Below are positions 39,401 through 51,615 of a stretch of 64,000 nucleotides of DNA, in pieces. The translations under genes were made by a program, and so were the position numbers. Position 1 is the first letter of the stretch; every line of letters begins with the position of its first letter. The DNA comes from Marsupella aquatica (lineage: Eukaryota; Plantae; Marchantiophyta): the NCBI GenBank assembly GCA_973895155.1, contig OZ316896.1, positions 11,212,795-11,276,794 on the forward strand, given 5' to 3'. The notes beneath the pieces were generated by a model, which saw nothing but the letters and a program-made list of their open reading frames with translations, was not told the DNA's origin and did no database searches.

Positions 39401-42400
39401 TTGGGATAGAAAGGTGACCATCTAGTACAGCATTTGCCACATCAGTGGCTTCTGCACGAGTGGGTCGGGGTGTGTCAGTCATTGAATCAACAACCCGAGT
39501 GATGAAAACTGGTTTTCCAGCCATGTTGCACTTGTAAAGGGCCGCCTTTTGAAAGAGAAACACCTGCACACAAGTACAAACTTCAAAACAATCTCAGCAA
39601 ATGAATGAGTGAATGGGATACTCCCTCCTTTGCTAGTCTGTTGCTCATTGTAAACCAATATCCATATAAAACTTAAGGAAACTTTATTCGGAATCAAGGC
39701 CGCTACAGTTCACAAAAAAACTGTTTAAGAGGTTGAGAGAAGACCTTTTCAGGAGGAAGATCAATACCAAGGTTCCCACGTGACAAGATAATGCCATCTG
39801 CCTCTTTCAGAATCTCATCAAAATGCCTCAAACCCTGGATTTGAGCCAAAGCACTAAAGGTTATTACATTTGTCTATTCATCAATGATAAATGACAGGGT
39901 AAGACTTTCTTTCAATTCAGATAAGCATACAATGCCTTGAAGTTTCAATCCTAGAGGCTCATTAGTGCCAAAAATAAATTAAAATTAAAATCCTAGAGGC
40001 TCATTAGTGCCAAAAATGATGATCTCAAAAGAACTAGACACATGGTGACATATACACCCAAACATTCAACCTGTCCATTGACCAAAAACCCTTAGAGTTG
40101 AATACCATCAAATGAAGTGCTGACTATGATAAGGAATACAACCAGACTTGACGGCCTACTGCATTGTATACTACCAAGCCACAAATATTTTCTGAGAACT
40201 ATTGGGCTTCTGGTCACTCAAATATGTACTTCAACATTCTCGATCTTTGCATATATTTGTGTCTGGTAAAGATCTCCCAGCTTAGATAAATGTGCTCGTG
40301 CCTGCAAACAACAAATCAAAGGTATTTACATGTGTAGAAGCAGGTCACTTATGTATATAAAAAGAAGCCTTGAGTTTGAAACATAAACTATCTGAATGAT
40401 CATGGTCAGCCCCAGTGCCAGAGAATTCATACCAGTCGAACATCCTCAGCATGCCTTGTATAAGCGAGTGAAAGAAAGTCAATGTTGTTACGCATTCCCC
40501 ATGTCATTATTATCTGCAAGCGATTGATAATGTCAGTTGACAAGGAACATACACAATGGAGGTGCTCAGGTTATTACATTGTGAAACAATTCTTCATAGC
40601 CTTGAACTAAGTAGTTGTGCATGCCAGCTGTTCATATTTGGTGACTTGAGGTCACATGCATGATATGAAGGGCAAAAGAATTGATCCAAGGGAAGATGCC
40701 AGCTTTTACCTCCTTGTCAAACTCAGTTAACGTAGGAAGGGTAACATGAACTTGGGCTGCATGCGCAGTGAACAAAGCCCCTGTCAATGTTGCAGAATTC
40801 TTGACTAGGCATTTAACATTCATGTTTTGCACCTCAACCACCTGTTACAGGAAGAAACTGCTTATGGTTTGAAGTGGAAATATATCTTTAGACTACATGA
40901 AATATTACAAGTCAAGTAAATCATGTATTGGCAAGTCAATGTTGAAAAGAGGACCTCAAGCCACACTGAAGTTGATTCACTCCCCGTAAATAAATATTGT
41001 CCTACAAATATCATGTCCTTTGGCTTCACTGCCTGCACAAACAGATATCAAGTAAGTATTTCCTATAAGCTAGAGGCAAAGCTTCCATTATCATAGAATA
41101 AATCACCAATTACAATAAAGTTTTACTCAAAGAAACTTCACTAGACACCATGTTTATTTTAAATGAGCCTGTTAAACACATTTTACATTTCTCCAATGGA
41201 CAAATGTGGTAGATCAGACCTAGCTGAAAACTGGTACGCACATATAAGGTCTATTCAAATAAAACCCACTCAGATACCCTTGGGGTTGGTTCATTGAACT
41301 TGACCCTCCGATAGAAGTCCAATAGCCTCTTTACTCATTGGTAATATGACCTTGTTTGTCTACCAGAGTTAAAAGTGCAACTCACATTGGCAAGTTCTGG
41401 GTAGTTGATTGGCAAAACTGTTGATGAGGGTTGTTGGGTGGTGTCTGGTGTTAACATCACAAATGCCTCAGCCCCTAAAACAATGGGTTGCTCCCCTTTG
41501 TTGAGAATTTGCAACTCAGGTCCCGCTGTATCAAACATCACCTGTTTGGAAAGACTACAGACAATGAAATCTAGCACACATAGAAGCCAACACAAGTCTA
41601 CTGCATTATATTGAGCTATTGCGGAGCTGTTTTGTTTTGATGTTCAGTGAGATGCTCATAATATACACAGATCTATCTGGCAAACACTGCTTCAATATTG
41701 GGGAGGATTCTTATCAAGGCCGGGTCCAAGACATGTTCATCTAGTCAGACATCAATTAGAATCAATGAATCATTTCAATTTTCTCTATTGCATGGCTGAG
41801 CTTCAGCATATTCACTGGCTTCATAGTGTCCGACAAGCATGCATTGAGGAAATCATTACTAATCTGAAGTTGATTTGGATGAGTCTTCTGAGCATTTGGG
41901 ACCAAGGTATTTTTTACATGCACAATCCAGAGACTCTATGGTGTATTGACACTTTATCCATGCTGCCAAGTTAAGCATGAGAATTTGAACTTACTGATTG
42001 AGATCTTGCAAGACTATGAAATGTCCCTAAGTAGGTAAAAAATGAAAATTTTCTCCTACGTAGCAAAGATTGGGTGGCATACAGCACAAAGTCGCCTCGT
42101 ATTCTTCACAGCAGTCCTCAAGTTATCCAGGCTCTCTTGGTGGTATGCCTCATCCCCCCAGGAAAAATCAAACCTGGCAACTGCCACATAACTACATGAT
42201 GTCATCAAGCTTGGTGCTAATGATTGGGAAAATCCTTGTATTTTTGGGGCTCAATTCCTCACTTCTTGCTTGAAATTTCTGTAGGTCCCGAGCATTGAAA
42301 ATCATTCTCATTGTTCATTGCTCATCCACAGGGATGGAGCTCCACCATCTCCGATAGTACAAGCACAACAACACCAAATTTTGATCAGAGTCAGACAAAG

Positions 42401-44221
42401 TTCTTACCTGACATCCCAGCTTGGAGAAGCTTTTCAATTGTCTCAACATCTCGAGATTGGGGCCCAAGTGTTGCAATTATCTTGGTCATCGATGAAAAGG
42501 ATTGCTGTGATAAAGAGACATCTCAGTGAGAGTTATGAAAATTATCCTTGAATTTAACTTATTCCTGGTAAGCCAGCAACAACATAATTAAAAAAATTCA
42601 ATGATAAATAAAGCACCTACTTCTAGAATTCTCAACTCAAGAACAATATCCACCATTGTCCAAGGACTTAGATTGCCACTCTCATGGCACAATAGCAACA
42701 CATCTAATATGGCTTTGCAGTTTAATTAGTACTTTTGATGGTGGATCGTCTGCGCGTGCTGGTCCAACAAGAAGTTTAACATCAACGTTTCTCTGCACCA
42801 CTTCACATTGTTATTTCTTGTGAATTCTTTGGAATTGCCTTAGTTACAGCAAGGTAATTAAAAGTGGATGATTTTATGGAAGAAGAGTCACAGCATTCGC
42901 TCATAACTCTGATATTACTTAAGCTCAACAAGAAGTGTTAAGGCTTTGTGCATAACAAGCTGGAATACATAGTCACCAAAATTCACTTTGATCTTCATTA
43001 GTGCTTCAACTTGAGATGACGAATTTGAAGATTCATTTAAGAATTATGTACATCAACTATTTTGTAAGAGGGACTACTATCCTTACTGTGGCGCTCCATG
43101 TAGGTCAATGAAAGTTTACTAAGTCCTGATATTTATACTTGACTAAGCAAGTCAGTAAAAGATCATTCACATTTTATTAGAAATGTTATGATTATTAATT
43201 TCCTGCAAGTGTACAGAGGTTTTGGATGGGTACATCTTCGCCGCTTCCAACTGTAGAGAGTGCAAACTCAAGGTTGATCCGTTTACCATCCATCTCAACA
43301 TTCTCCTCCTGCAAGGGTGTAGGAAAGCAATTTTGATTCTTGTCAACTAGCATGAATGCTAGATAATGATTAATCATGACTGTTGAATGCTTAATCTGTT
43401 GCTTCTTAAGTCCTTTTGAAAACTTGAGCATGAACAGTCAAATTGTTGTTACAGCACATGCAACTCACCCAGTGCGACAGGGGGCAGTACACAGTTGCCA
43501 GGGTGATACTCTACCCCATTGTTTATAACATGTACTTGAAAATGGAGTTAACCAAATTAAAAGATGGGGAAATGCTTGCAACAATTGAGCACAGGACCAG
43601 TAGTAAGGTTACAAAATCCCCTGCCGACTACGGGTGCAAGATGAGTTGGGACATAGATAGCTAGGACACATTGTGCAAGAGAGGCAAACAAGCTAAGCAA
43701 TTCAATTGAGCAAAAACTCAATTTTGAGCACCAAGTCAGATTTTGCCAAGGACAACTGAAAGTAGCTCGGGAATATAAAACTTAGTTTGGGACATGCATC
43801 CACAATTGGCTACTGGATCCCCCGTTCTGCCATGAATTAAACCTTGACTGACACATCAGATAAAGTCAAACAACAAATAGGCACTCTTGAGTTTTCTTAA
43901 ATAGGCAAAATGTGATCAACATTGTGATGACCCATATTGTCCAAATGAATGATTTCACTCAATAAGGGACTTTGGGGCTTCAGCACCCACAAATCCAATC
44001 ATGGATGTCCCGCACTGACTATCCCAACATTAGGACTCTCCAACCTGACAAAGCCATATACTGATCCAATCAATTGATTGTCTGACCAAACAGGCAACAA
44101 TAATTAATTATTCAATTGCTCATGCTGGACTCAATGAGAAGGTTAACGGGATTACCTCATTAGATGTTTCTAGAATGGAGGCCAGCTTGAATGGCTCCTT
44201 GAGGATCATCGATCCTGGCAT
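36479..44221 (-). CDS. Cytosolic pyruvate kinase, intron-rich plant subfamily with ARFDFSWG motif, ~523 aa, 16 exons
   Basis: Exons (minus): 44156-44221, 42408-42504, 42083-42180, 41386-41541, 40955-41032, 40710-40841, 40433-40513, 40230-40301, 39745-39834, 39419-39563, 38543-38631, 38263-38358, 37926-37993, 37234-37333, 37051-37110, 36479-36622 (last acceptor uncertain). Motifs [70 protein letters not shown]. Confidence 0.93.
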
Positions 44222-45766
44222 TTTCCTGGCTTTTAATTCTGTCTGTACCTTTCAGGTAAACGAAAGTCCACACTTGTCACTGTTGTGCCATGTCTAGATC
44301 CTCCGTCCCTCCCTCCCTCTTTCTGAGAACTTTGGACAGAGCAAGGGAGAAACAACAATCAATTGCAAAGAAGGGCAGGAGGCTAGGAGAAATTCATGTA
44401 TGCACAACATGAAAGGGGCAGGAAGAAGATGATTATACAAGTGTGCTACAGTGATAACCAAGGCCATCATAGATGCAGGAGACTGAATGCGTCACGTGGA
44501 TGAGTAAGGCAATGCACGCGACCCCTCGCAAGGCCGGGTTGTTGTTTAGACTGGTTTCACACCTGCAGCTGCCCAAACGTGGGTTCCTTCCCCCAAAAGG
44601 CTGTGTCCATGCTCCCACTTTCTCCATGGGACCAAGTCATGTTCTACATACCAGGATAGCATTAACTTCTTCCTGCAAACACTCTTTCAGATGCTTTAAC
44701 TTACTCACAAATATCAAGTTGACTATTTCTCAAGCTATGACATCCTGGATGACATCAATCAACCCCTACCTGGTAAGGATCACAAAGAGACCTGATAGAA
44801 ACAAACATTAAGGGATTGTGGTGTGGCTTGAACCATGGTCTTGGCAAGTGTGACTCTTTTGTTATTTGGGTTACTCATGGGTCCAGGGCCAGTATGTCCT
44901 TTATTGGATTTGTTTTTGCCAAAATCTGCCTTCACCAAAACCTTTCCCCACTTTTGGTGTAGGTTTGGCAGATTTGGGTTGCATTAACCAGTTTCCTGAA
45001 TTTCCTAGCATCTCTTCCTTGTCACAAGTGAACATTTGTCACTTTGCCAAATCAAAAGCAATTTTTTTAGGTCACAACAGATCATAGCCTTTGTGGTACT
45101 GACCTGTGTGACCACAGTTCATTACTCTCAATGATCATTTACAGATGGTGGCATAAGGAACACTTGCATTCCAGAGAATTCGGAAATGTATTTTTGTAAT
45201 TTAATAAATTTTAAAAATATTTTGGTGAAGTTTGCAACTTGTGAGGGTACGTTCCCAAAAGAGAAGTGTAAAAATTTGACTGCCCGGGCACCAGAAAGAA
45301 AAGTCCTCTGATTGACAGAATTGTGGCATACCTAACACTGGCATCGAGAGAACTAGGATAAATGTTTTGTAACTTCATAAACTTTAGGTATATTTTCTGA
45401 ATTTGGTCACTTGTGCGGTTTTTTCCTCCTGAATCCACCTAAAAATGTGAATTAAAGGCTCGATGTAAAAAAGTAAAGGAAAATTTACCTAATTAGCCCC
45501 ACATGCTGGCAAATCTGCCTACATGTACCAAAAGCTAACTGGGGGAAAACCTATCCTCCTAATTCTTTGATGAGTTCTTGAATGTGTTCCGTCCGCTATC
45601 ATGTCAATGGATATTGAGAGTAGTAAAGCAACCTAATCATTTTGCTACCTTAATATGGTCCTATTGATATACAAAGATAATTCAAGAGTGGAATGTGAAT
45701 TACAGTCTAACTTGCAACAGTGCAACTTGTATTCAACCCTGGTTGCAAAGTGTAATGTGCAATAGC

Positions 45767-45954
45767 TCCTCAGCCCCTGGTTGTCCTGCACAGTTTAGGG
45801 TTTGCCAACAGAGGATAGATGTCCTACTCTAGAGTATGCAATTCTATATACGGTAGCCACAAGGGGACAATACCCAGGGATCCGACAGGGATCCAGACCA
45901 GGAGGGAGAGAGGGTTAAACCAGGGCCCCAAAGCGGGCAACCAGGGGCTGAGGA
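45767..45954. repeat. Inverted repeat pair upstream of pyruvate kinase (MITE remnant?)
   Basis: tcctcagcccctggttgtcc / gggcaaccaggggctgagga match at 19/20, with weaker outward extension. Confidence 0.55.
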
Positions 45955-47475
45955 CGCCTTGCAATCATCCAGGGTTTGCACTTATGGAGTGTGCATTTGA
46001 GAGTTAGATCACTCTATGGAGTTCCCGATTGAGTTGGTGTGATGGATTCACTATTGCCATGATTGTGCTATTTGGTGCAAAATATTCTGACCGAGCTATA
46101 TTCCACTAGCCCAATATTCATCCATTGCATAATATTGTCAATCTTCACTGATGCAGGCACTAATTATGATCAAAATTGTTGTCAAGTATAAGTGAGATGA
46201 CCAGGCAGTAAGGTGCTGTACAAGTATGGGTCTGGCAACTGAATTTCAAAGATTGTGCAAGCAGGGGGGAGTGATGATTGGAAGTGAAAAAAGGTGCACA
46301 ATGGAACCTTTAGGTGTACCTCATACATGGTTAAAGCGCCACTGTCCATGACAAAACCTGGATCCACTGGGTCTCACCATTTTTAGCACCTTTTTCCTGA
46401 AGTTGTGGAGCAAAATCTCACCCTAGTGGAGAGAAATGTGAAAAAGTGAAAAGTCTTGCACACTTGTCCCATAATGGTGGTTTAACCAGTATCACCATAT
46501 TCTATTGGATTGGAAGGCTTTGTTCAAAATGACATTTAGTAAACAGACCCGTAAGGGGGGGGATGATGATTGGAAGTGAAAGAAGTGCACAAATGGCACC
46601 TTTAGGTGTTTGGTTAAGAAAAAAAATATTGGCTTAGAAGGCTTTGCTTCATATGACATTTAGTAAACAGACCCCCAGAAAAAGAAGAGAAGAACGCATA
46701 GATGCCCATCTGGAGAGAATCAACAATCCAGGAGGCCTCGGAAAACGCAGGGTGTTGCTCGTCATCTTCTTCGCCCCTGCCTCGTTAGTTCGTCGCATGG
46801 TCTCCCATTCTCCCCCATGGATTACGATAGGTTGATTATGAAGTCATTCTGCCCCTCTCACTCTCTCAGAGAGTAGAAACGGCACTGCACTTCCACACGT
46901 CGACCATTAAGGTTACGTCAATCAATCAATTGCCGTGGTTTGACGAAAGATTCTCATCATGCTCAAACACTGGCCTAAACCTCCAGCCAGATGCAACAAC
47001 CAGGTCGTGGAATCATGATCCCCAAATACTCGGGAGTGGGCTTTCCACCATGCCCAGAAGCTAGTGTCGCTAGAGCTGTTCACCTTACTGTAAGACACGG
47101 TCTACATCAGAGGTGGCTCTTTATTTATGGCAACATTCTGCCTTTCAAACGAACATCAATCTTGCATTGCAGCTGATCAACATGCTAAGAATTGGATTCC
47201 TTCCAACAACACCGACCACGCCACATCTCACATCGACTAACAAGACGGCGCCACTTGGAACGAAGATGGCCTCTAAAACTAGCGGAATCCATTTGCTTTG
47301 TACCTTTCTCTTTTACTTTTCGTTGAGACAAAAATTGTTTATCTTCTTCTTCATTCTATAAGGCTTTTATTATGCCTTTAGCCTTTACGTTTTGTTCTTT
47401 CCCATCAGTAATTGCAAACCCTTATCTTCTTTTGACTTCGCTCCTGACTTGACATCCTCGTTGATCGGGAGGAGA

Positions 47476-47750
47476 GCTCGCGACTATGATAATGCGAGTC
47501 CGGTTATCCCGGGGCTACAAATTTGGAGAACTCAAATTGAGTCCAGTAGCTGCAGCATTATTACAATACATTACTTTTTCTAAGATGAATCAGCAGATTG
47601 GGTAAGCTCTACAATGCTAGGCTCGCGAGTATAATAATGAGAGTCCGGTTATCCGGTGGCTACAGATTTGTAGAATTCAAATTGAATCCAGTAGCTGCAG
47701 CATTATTACTTTTTCTAAGATGAATCAGCAGATCCGGGTAAGCTCTACAG
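47476..47750. repeat. ~145-bp tandem duplication
   Basis: gctcgcga.tat.ataatg.gagtccggttatcc...gctgcagcattattac...gatgaatcagcagat..gggtaagctctaca occurs twice. Confidence 0.85.
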
Positions 47751-48300
47751 TACAAGGCTAGATTTCGCATAAATTACTTCGCGGATAACAAGAACCGGCA
47801 GAAGATCCGGGGTGCCTCTGCGAGGCTGCGCATTAGTTCACTGTACTTCGTGGACACCTACGGTAGAGATCCGTTTAGACGTTTAGTAGAGGGTTTGTGG
47901 ACCCTCTGAACGGACATCCAAGCGTGTGAGATCGGGTGCAGTGGTAACTTGTTGTGCATATCCTGTTTTGTCACGGAAGCAAGCTCCGTGGTTTAATAGC
48001 ATGCACTGTACCGTGGATTGGTTTGGAACTCGAGGGACTGATGATTGGGAGGGAGTTTCAGTCGGTGCATTGCTGGTGCTCAAACTGGAGATGATATCTA
48101 ATAGGGGGTCTCAATATTGTAGTCGCGACCAAATGCTGTTGCCCGGGTTTGCTTCGGAACGGCCCCGGACAAAAAAATGATGGGCGACTGGCAGGCTGGT
48201 CGACAGGCCATCGTCGCGGACTTTTGCTGACGGCCGTTGCTTATTTTTTGACCGTTACTCACTACCCCTGGCTGTCTGAAACCTTAGTCTAAACCTCGCA

Positions 48301-48483
48301 AAGCAGTTCGACGAGAACATCGCGAGGCATCGAGGCGAAGCAGGTGAATGAGAACGAGGCGCCGAGGCGAAGCAGGTCGACGAGAACACTGTGAGGCATC
48401 GAGGCAAATCCTCACAAGCAGGTCAATGAGAACACTGCGAGGCGCCGAGGCGAAGCAGGTTGACGGGAGCACCGGGAGGCATG
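48301..48483. repeat. Subterminal tandem repeat of the transposon, ~37 bp x5
   Basis: Consensus gcaggtcga(c/t)gagaacactgcgaggc(at/gc)cgaggcgaa. Confidence 0.85.
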
Positions 48484-48965
48484 GCATTTTGAACTTCAAC
48501 GAGTGAGCTTGAGCTTTGTGCAAGAGCTTAGTTGATGAGGCCTTTTGTTCTGTAGTGATTTCAGGTTTGATTGGTTGATGTTGTTGTGAATAGCAAGACT
48601 GATTGAAAGCCGTTGAATCGAAATGCCTGCTTTACATACGTGACAGACTAATTTAGGGCTCAATGCAGTTCCCGGTGGGAAATTGATGTGAATTGATTTC
48701 AGGACTTACATTTGCTTGAGGAGGATTTTGCGTGCGGTTCCTACAGAATAGGGCACTTTCCAGATTTTGAAGCTGGTCGCTATAAGGTGCAAAAAGGTGC
48801 AACTCCATTTCTCAACCTGCATGCTATTTTGGCCATTTTTGGTTAGACTGTCACAGTCCAAGGCAATGGACACGTTCTTCGTGCTTCCTAGGTTGCCTCT
48901 TCCAGGTCTGGGTTTCCTATGGGTTCCCAATTGATGTCTGCCATTTTTTTGACAGGAAGAAAATT

Positions 48966-49604
48966 ATGGCTAAGTGGACCTGTCTCTCAGATGTGGAGGA
49001 GTTTAGGCCGAGTGATCAGACCATCTCTTATCCGCCCTCTATAGTGTGGATTGCCAATTTCGTGGCCCCCAATCCATTCCCACGAAAATTTCTTTATGCA
49101 GCCTGCCCATATAGATTTTCTGGTGGACGTTCGTGTGCAAAATCCCTTGAGTTTGGGTCTCATTGTGGTCATAACCTACCAGGCACTTCCCAATACAGAT
49201 TCAAAGTGATTTGTTTCGATGCCATTTATCCAGGTGTTCCTCCTCTCCATGTGAATTTGTGGGATTCAGCTACTGTTTTGCTTGGATGTACCGCTGCAAA
49301 CTTTAGGTCTTGCTCTGAGACTGAACAACTTGCATATGTGATATCCATAGTGGAGAGCACCCCACGAGTCAAGATTCATCTTCGGTCCTCTGATAAAGGG
49401 GTTTCTGCAACGCATTTGACTCTGTTGGATGCTGCAAAAGTTGCCCTTCCTGCCATGTTGAGAGGGCTGTCCACTCCTGAACAGTCGGCTCCCAACACAC
49501 CAACAAAAGCCATGAAGTCAACTCCAAGAAAGGGCAATGCAAAGAAGTTGCTTGAGGATCTTTGCAAAGCCATTCAGTCAACAGAAATTGAAGACAATGA
49601 TTGA
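48966..49604 (+). CDS. RPA70 C-terminal (DBD-C)-like zinc-ribbon OB-fold protein, 212 aa, transposon cargo
   Basis: Intact ATG-TGA ORF preceded by a polypyrimidine-AG acceptor at 48955. FLYAACP..CAKSL..C.H..YRFKV..FD..VNLWDSATVLLGCTAANF parallels the recalled RPA1 DBD-C pattern YxACP..CxKKV..C..C..YRY.L...D.TG..WVT.FD..AE.LLG..A.EL. Confidence 0.7.
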   Translation: MAKWTCLSDVEEFRPSDQTISYPPSIVWIANFVAPNPFPRKFLYAACPYRFSGGRSCAKSLEFGSHCGHNLPGTSQYRFKVICFDAIYPGVPPLHVNLWDSATVLLGCTAANFRSCSETEQLAYVISIVESTPRVKIHLRSSDKGVSATHLTLLDAAKVALPAMLRGLSTPEQSAPNTPTKAMKSTPRKGNAKKLLEDLCKAIQSTEIEDND

Positions 49605-49832
49605 TGGCGTTGAAGGTCGATAGTTGTGCAGCCATTGTGTTGTTTGAGCACATTTGGTGCATCATTTTGTAAGGCTTATGCCGCTTTGATATAATTATAA
49701 ATGCACACTCCTGTGGGGAGCTCCATCTATGTCAAATACTTTTTGTGAATGGTGTGCAATTCTGCAAATGAATGAGAGCTATGGGCATGGTGTGCATTTG
49801 ATGCAGGTTCGTGGTATTCATTCACTGTGAAC

Positions 49833-51360
49833 ATGCCGAAAGTCTCCAATCGACAACAGTGTCTAAAATGGGTTCGATCACAACTTTATTCCAGCATTCT
49901 TTGCGAAAGTTCCAGCGAGGATGAGACCTTCATGTCCACTAGCTCTGACGGCTCAGCCAACAGTAGTGACGAAAGTGCTTTCAATTCCACAGCAAGTGAT
50001 TCTATCATGGACTTGGACTCATCAAGCGATTCTGAAGCTGGGGTCACTGATCCCACCGATACTAGGGCCAAACCTGGTGAATGGTTGGAGTTGAATTTTG
50101 TAATAGAAAGCCAAAGGTTCTTAGCTGATCGGACCAAAAGAGTTCAATCCAAACAGTTTGCTGATGATTTTTTCAGGCATGTTTTGCCACCTGATTTGTT
50201 TAGACAAATGTGTCGGATGGATAAAGAGGCCTTCTTCCACCTCTTGACTCTGATTGAGATGCACCCAGTGTTCAGTAACAACTCCTTGCATGATCAGGCC
50301 CCCGTTTCTCTTCAATTGGCAACTTGCTTGGACAGGTTAGGACACAATGGCAATGGAGTTTGCTTGAGACGAACCTTGCTCCTTTGGGTCTCAGTGTTGG
50401 TAGTTGTGTCAACTATACAACTAGGGTTGTGACAGCACTGGAAAGTGCCCTTGCTGATTACGTGGCCTGGCCAAACATAGAGGAGAGGATTGCCATATCA
50501 GCAGAATTTGCCAAGACAGGTTTTCCAGGCTGTGTCGGTTTGATTGATGACACATTACTGCCTCTTTCACAACGCCCAGCGATTGATGGAGAATGTTACT
50601 TTGATCAAAAATCTCGGTACTCAAGTAGTATGTGACCATAGGAGGAAGATAACTTTTGTCTATTCTGGTGAGTTATATTTTTTTTTTCAGGTTTGGAATG
50701 TTTTAGCTTGAATTGGACAAATAACATTGTTCAAGTGGATCTTTTTGCTTGTCTCCTTATTCGATCTGTTGGGGGCTTGTTGCAGGAATGCCAGGTTCTT
50801 GCCAAGACATTACATGTCTGAAGCGATCACAACTATGGGCTGAGATCCATTCAAACTCAAATTTTGATGAAGGTCAATACATCCTGGGGGACTCTGGATA
50901 TGTTAATGCTCCACACATGGTAGCGAGTTATAAGAATACATATCAACAGAGAGACAAAGAACAATTCAACACCTGTGTGGCAAAAACCCGGTATGTGAAT
51001 GAACACTGCATTGGTGTTCTAAAATCTCGATGGTTTTCACTGAAGGAGATAAGGACACAGCTGAACAAGAAAAAGGACAATGTGTGGATGTGTCGTTGGA
51101 TTAGAGTGTGCACATTGCTGCACAATTTTGTTTTGTTCATGAAGGATGATTGGAGACAGGAAGATATGGAATGCCCGTTGGAAGTGACGGATTTTGATGA
51201 GGCAGGGAGTGGGGACTCACAGAACATGAGAGAAGAGACAGGTGCCACTATAGCTCGGAATGAGGCATCCCGAGTTGCAGGCCGAGCATTGCAGAGGCGT
51301 GTGATGCAACATACATTGGAATTCAAGAGTGGGCCTGGAGGTTTTCTCAATGACGAATAG
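49833..51360 (+). pseudogene. Harbinger/PIF-family DDE transposase (HARBI1-like), frameshifted
   Basis: Motifs FRQMCRMDKEAF, HPVFSNNS..QAPVSLQL..L.RLGHNGNG, GFPGCVGLIDDT, QVVCDHRRKI, PGSCQD, ILGDSGY, FN...R..NEHCIGVLKSRW, LLHNF. Intron 50668-50785. Frameshift near 50386 (W-G-LSVGS) and a frameshifting deletion near 50622. Confidence 0.92.
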
Positions 51361-51615
51361 CATCTACTTAGCAGTCACCGAAAGCACAAGTGTAATTGAG
51401 TTGTAGCAGTATAGTTAGTTGCAAATAGTAGTGAACTCGTATTGTATATATGAAAGTATATTCACGTACTTCAATTGTGAACTTGTATTTTGCCATTTGG
51501 AATAAAATAACATTCATTGTTTATACACAAGAGATAAGGCGATTATATTTTAGCAGTTTTGTGCTAAATTCGAAGCTTTATAAATTCCAAACACAAAATT
51601 TGTTTCATTGACTTA

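Noticed and set aside
48098-48103. TAA as the transposon TSD
   Set aside because: It would require asymmetric ends (TAA|TAGGGG versus CCCC|TAA); the AAT parse is symmetric.
48301-48483. CRISPR-like appearance of ~37-bp repeats
   Set aside because: Units are adjacent and degenerate with no unique spacers, there are no cas genes, and the context is eukaryotic.
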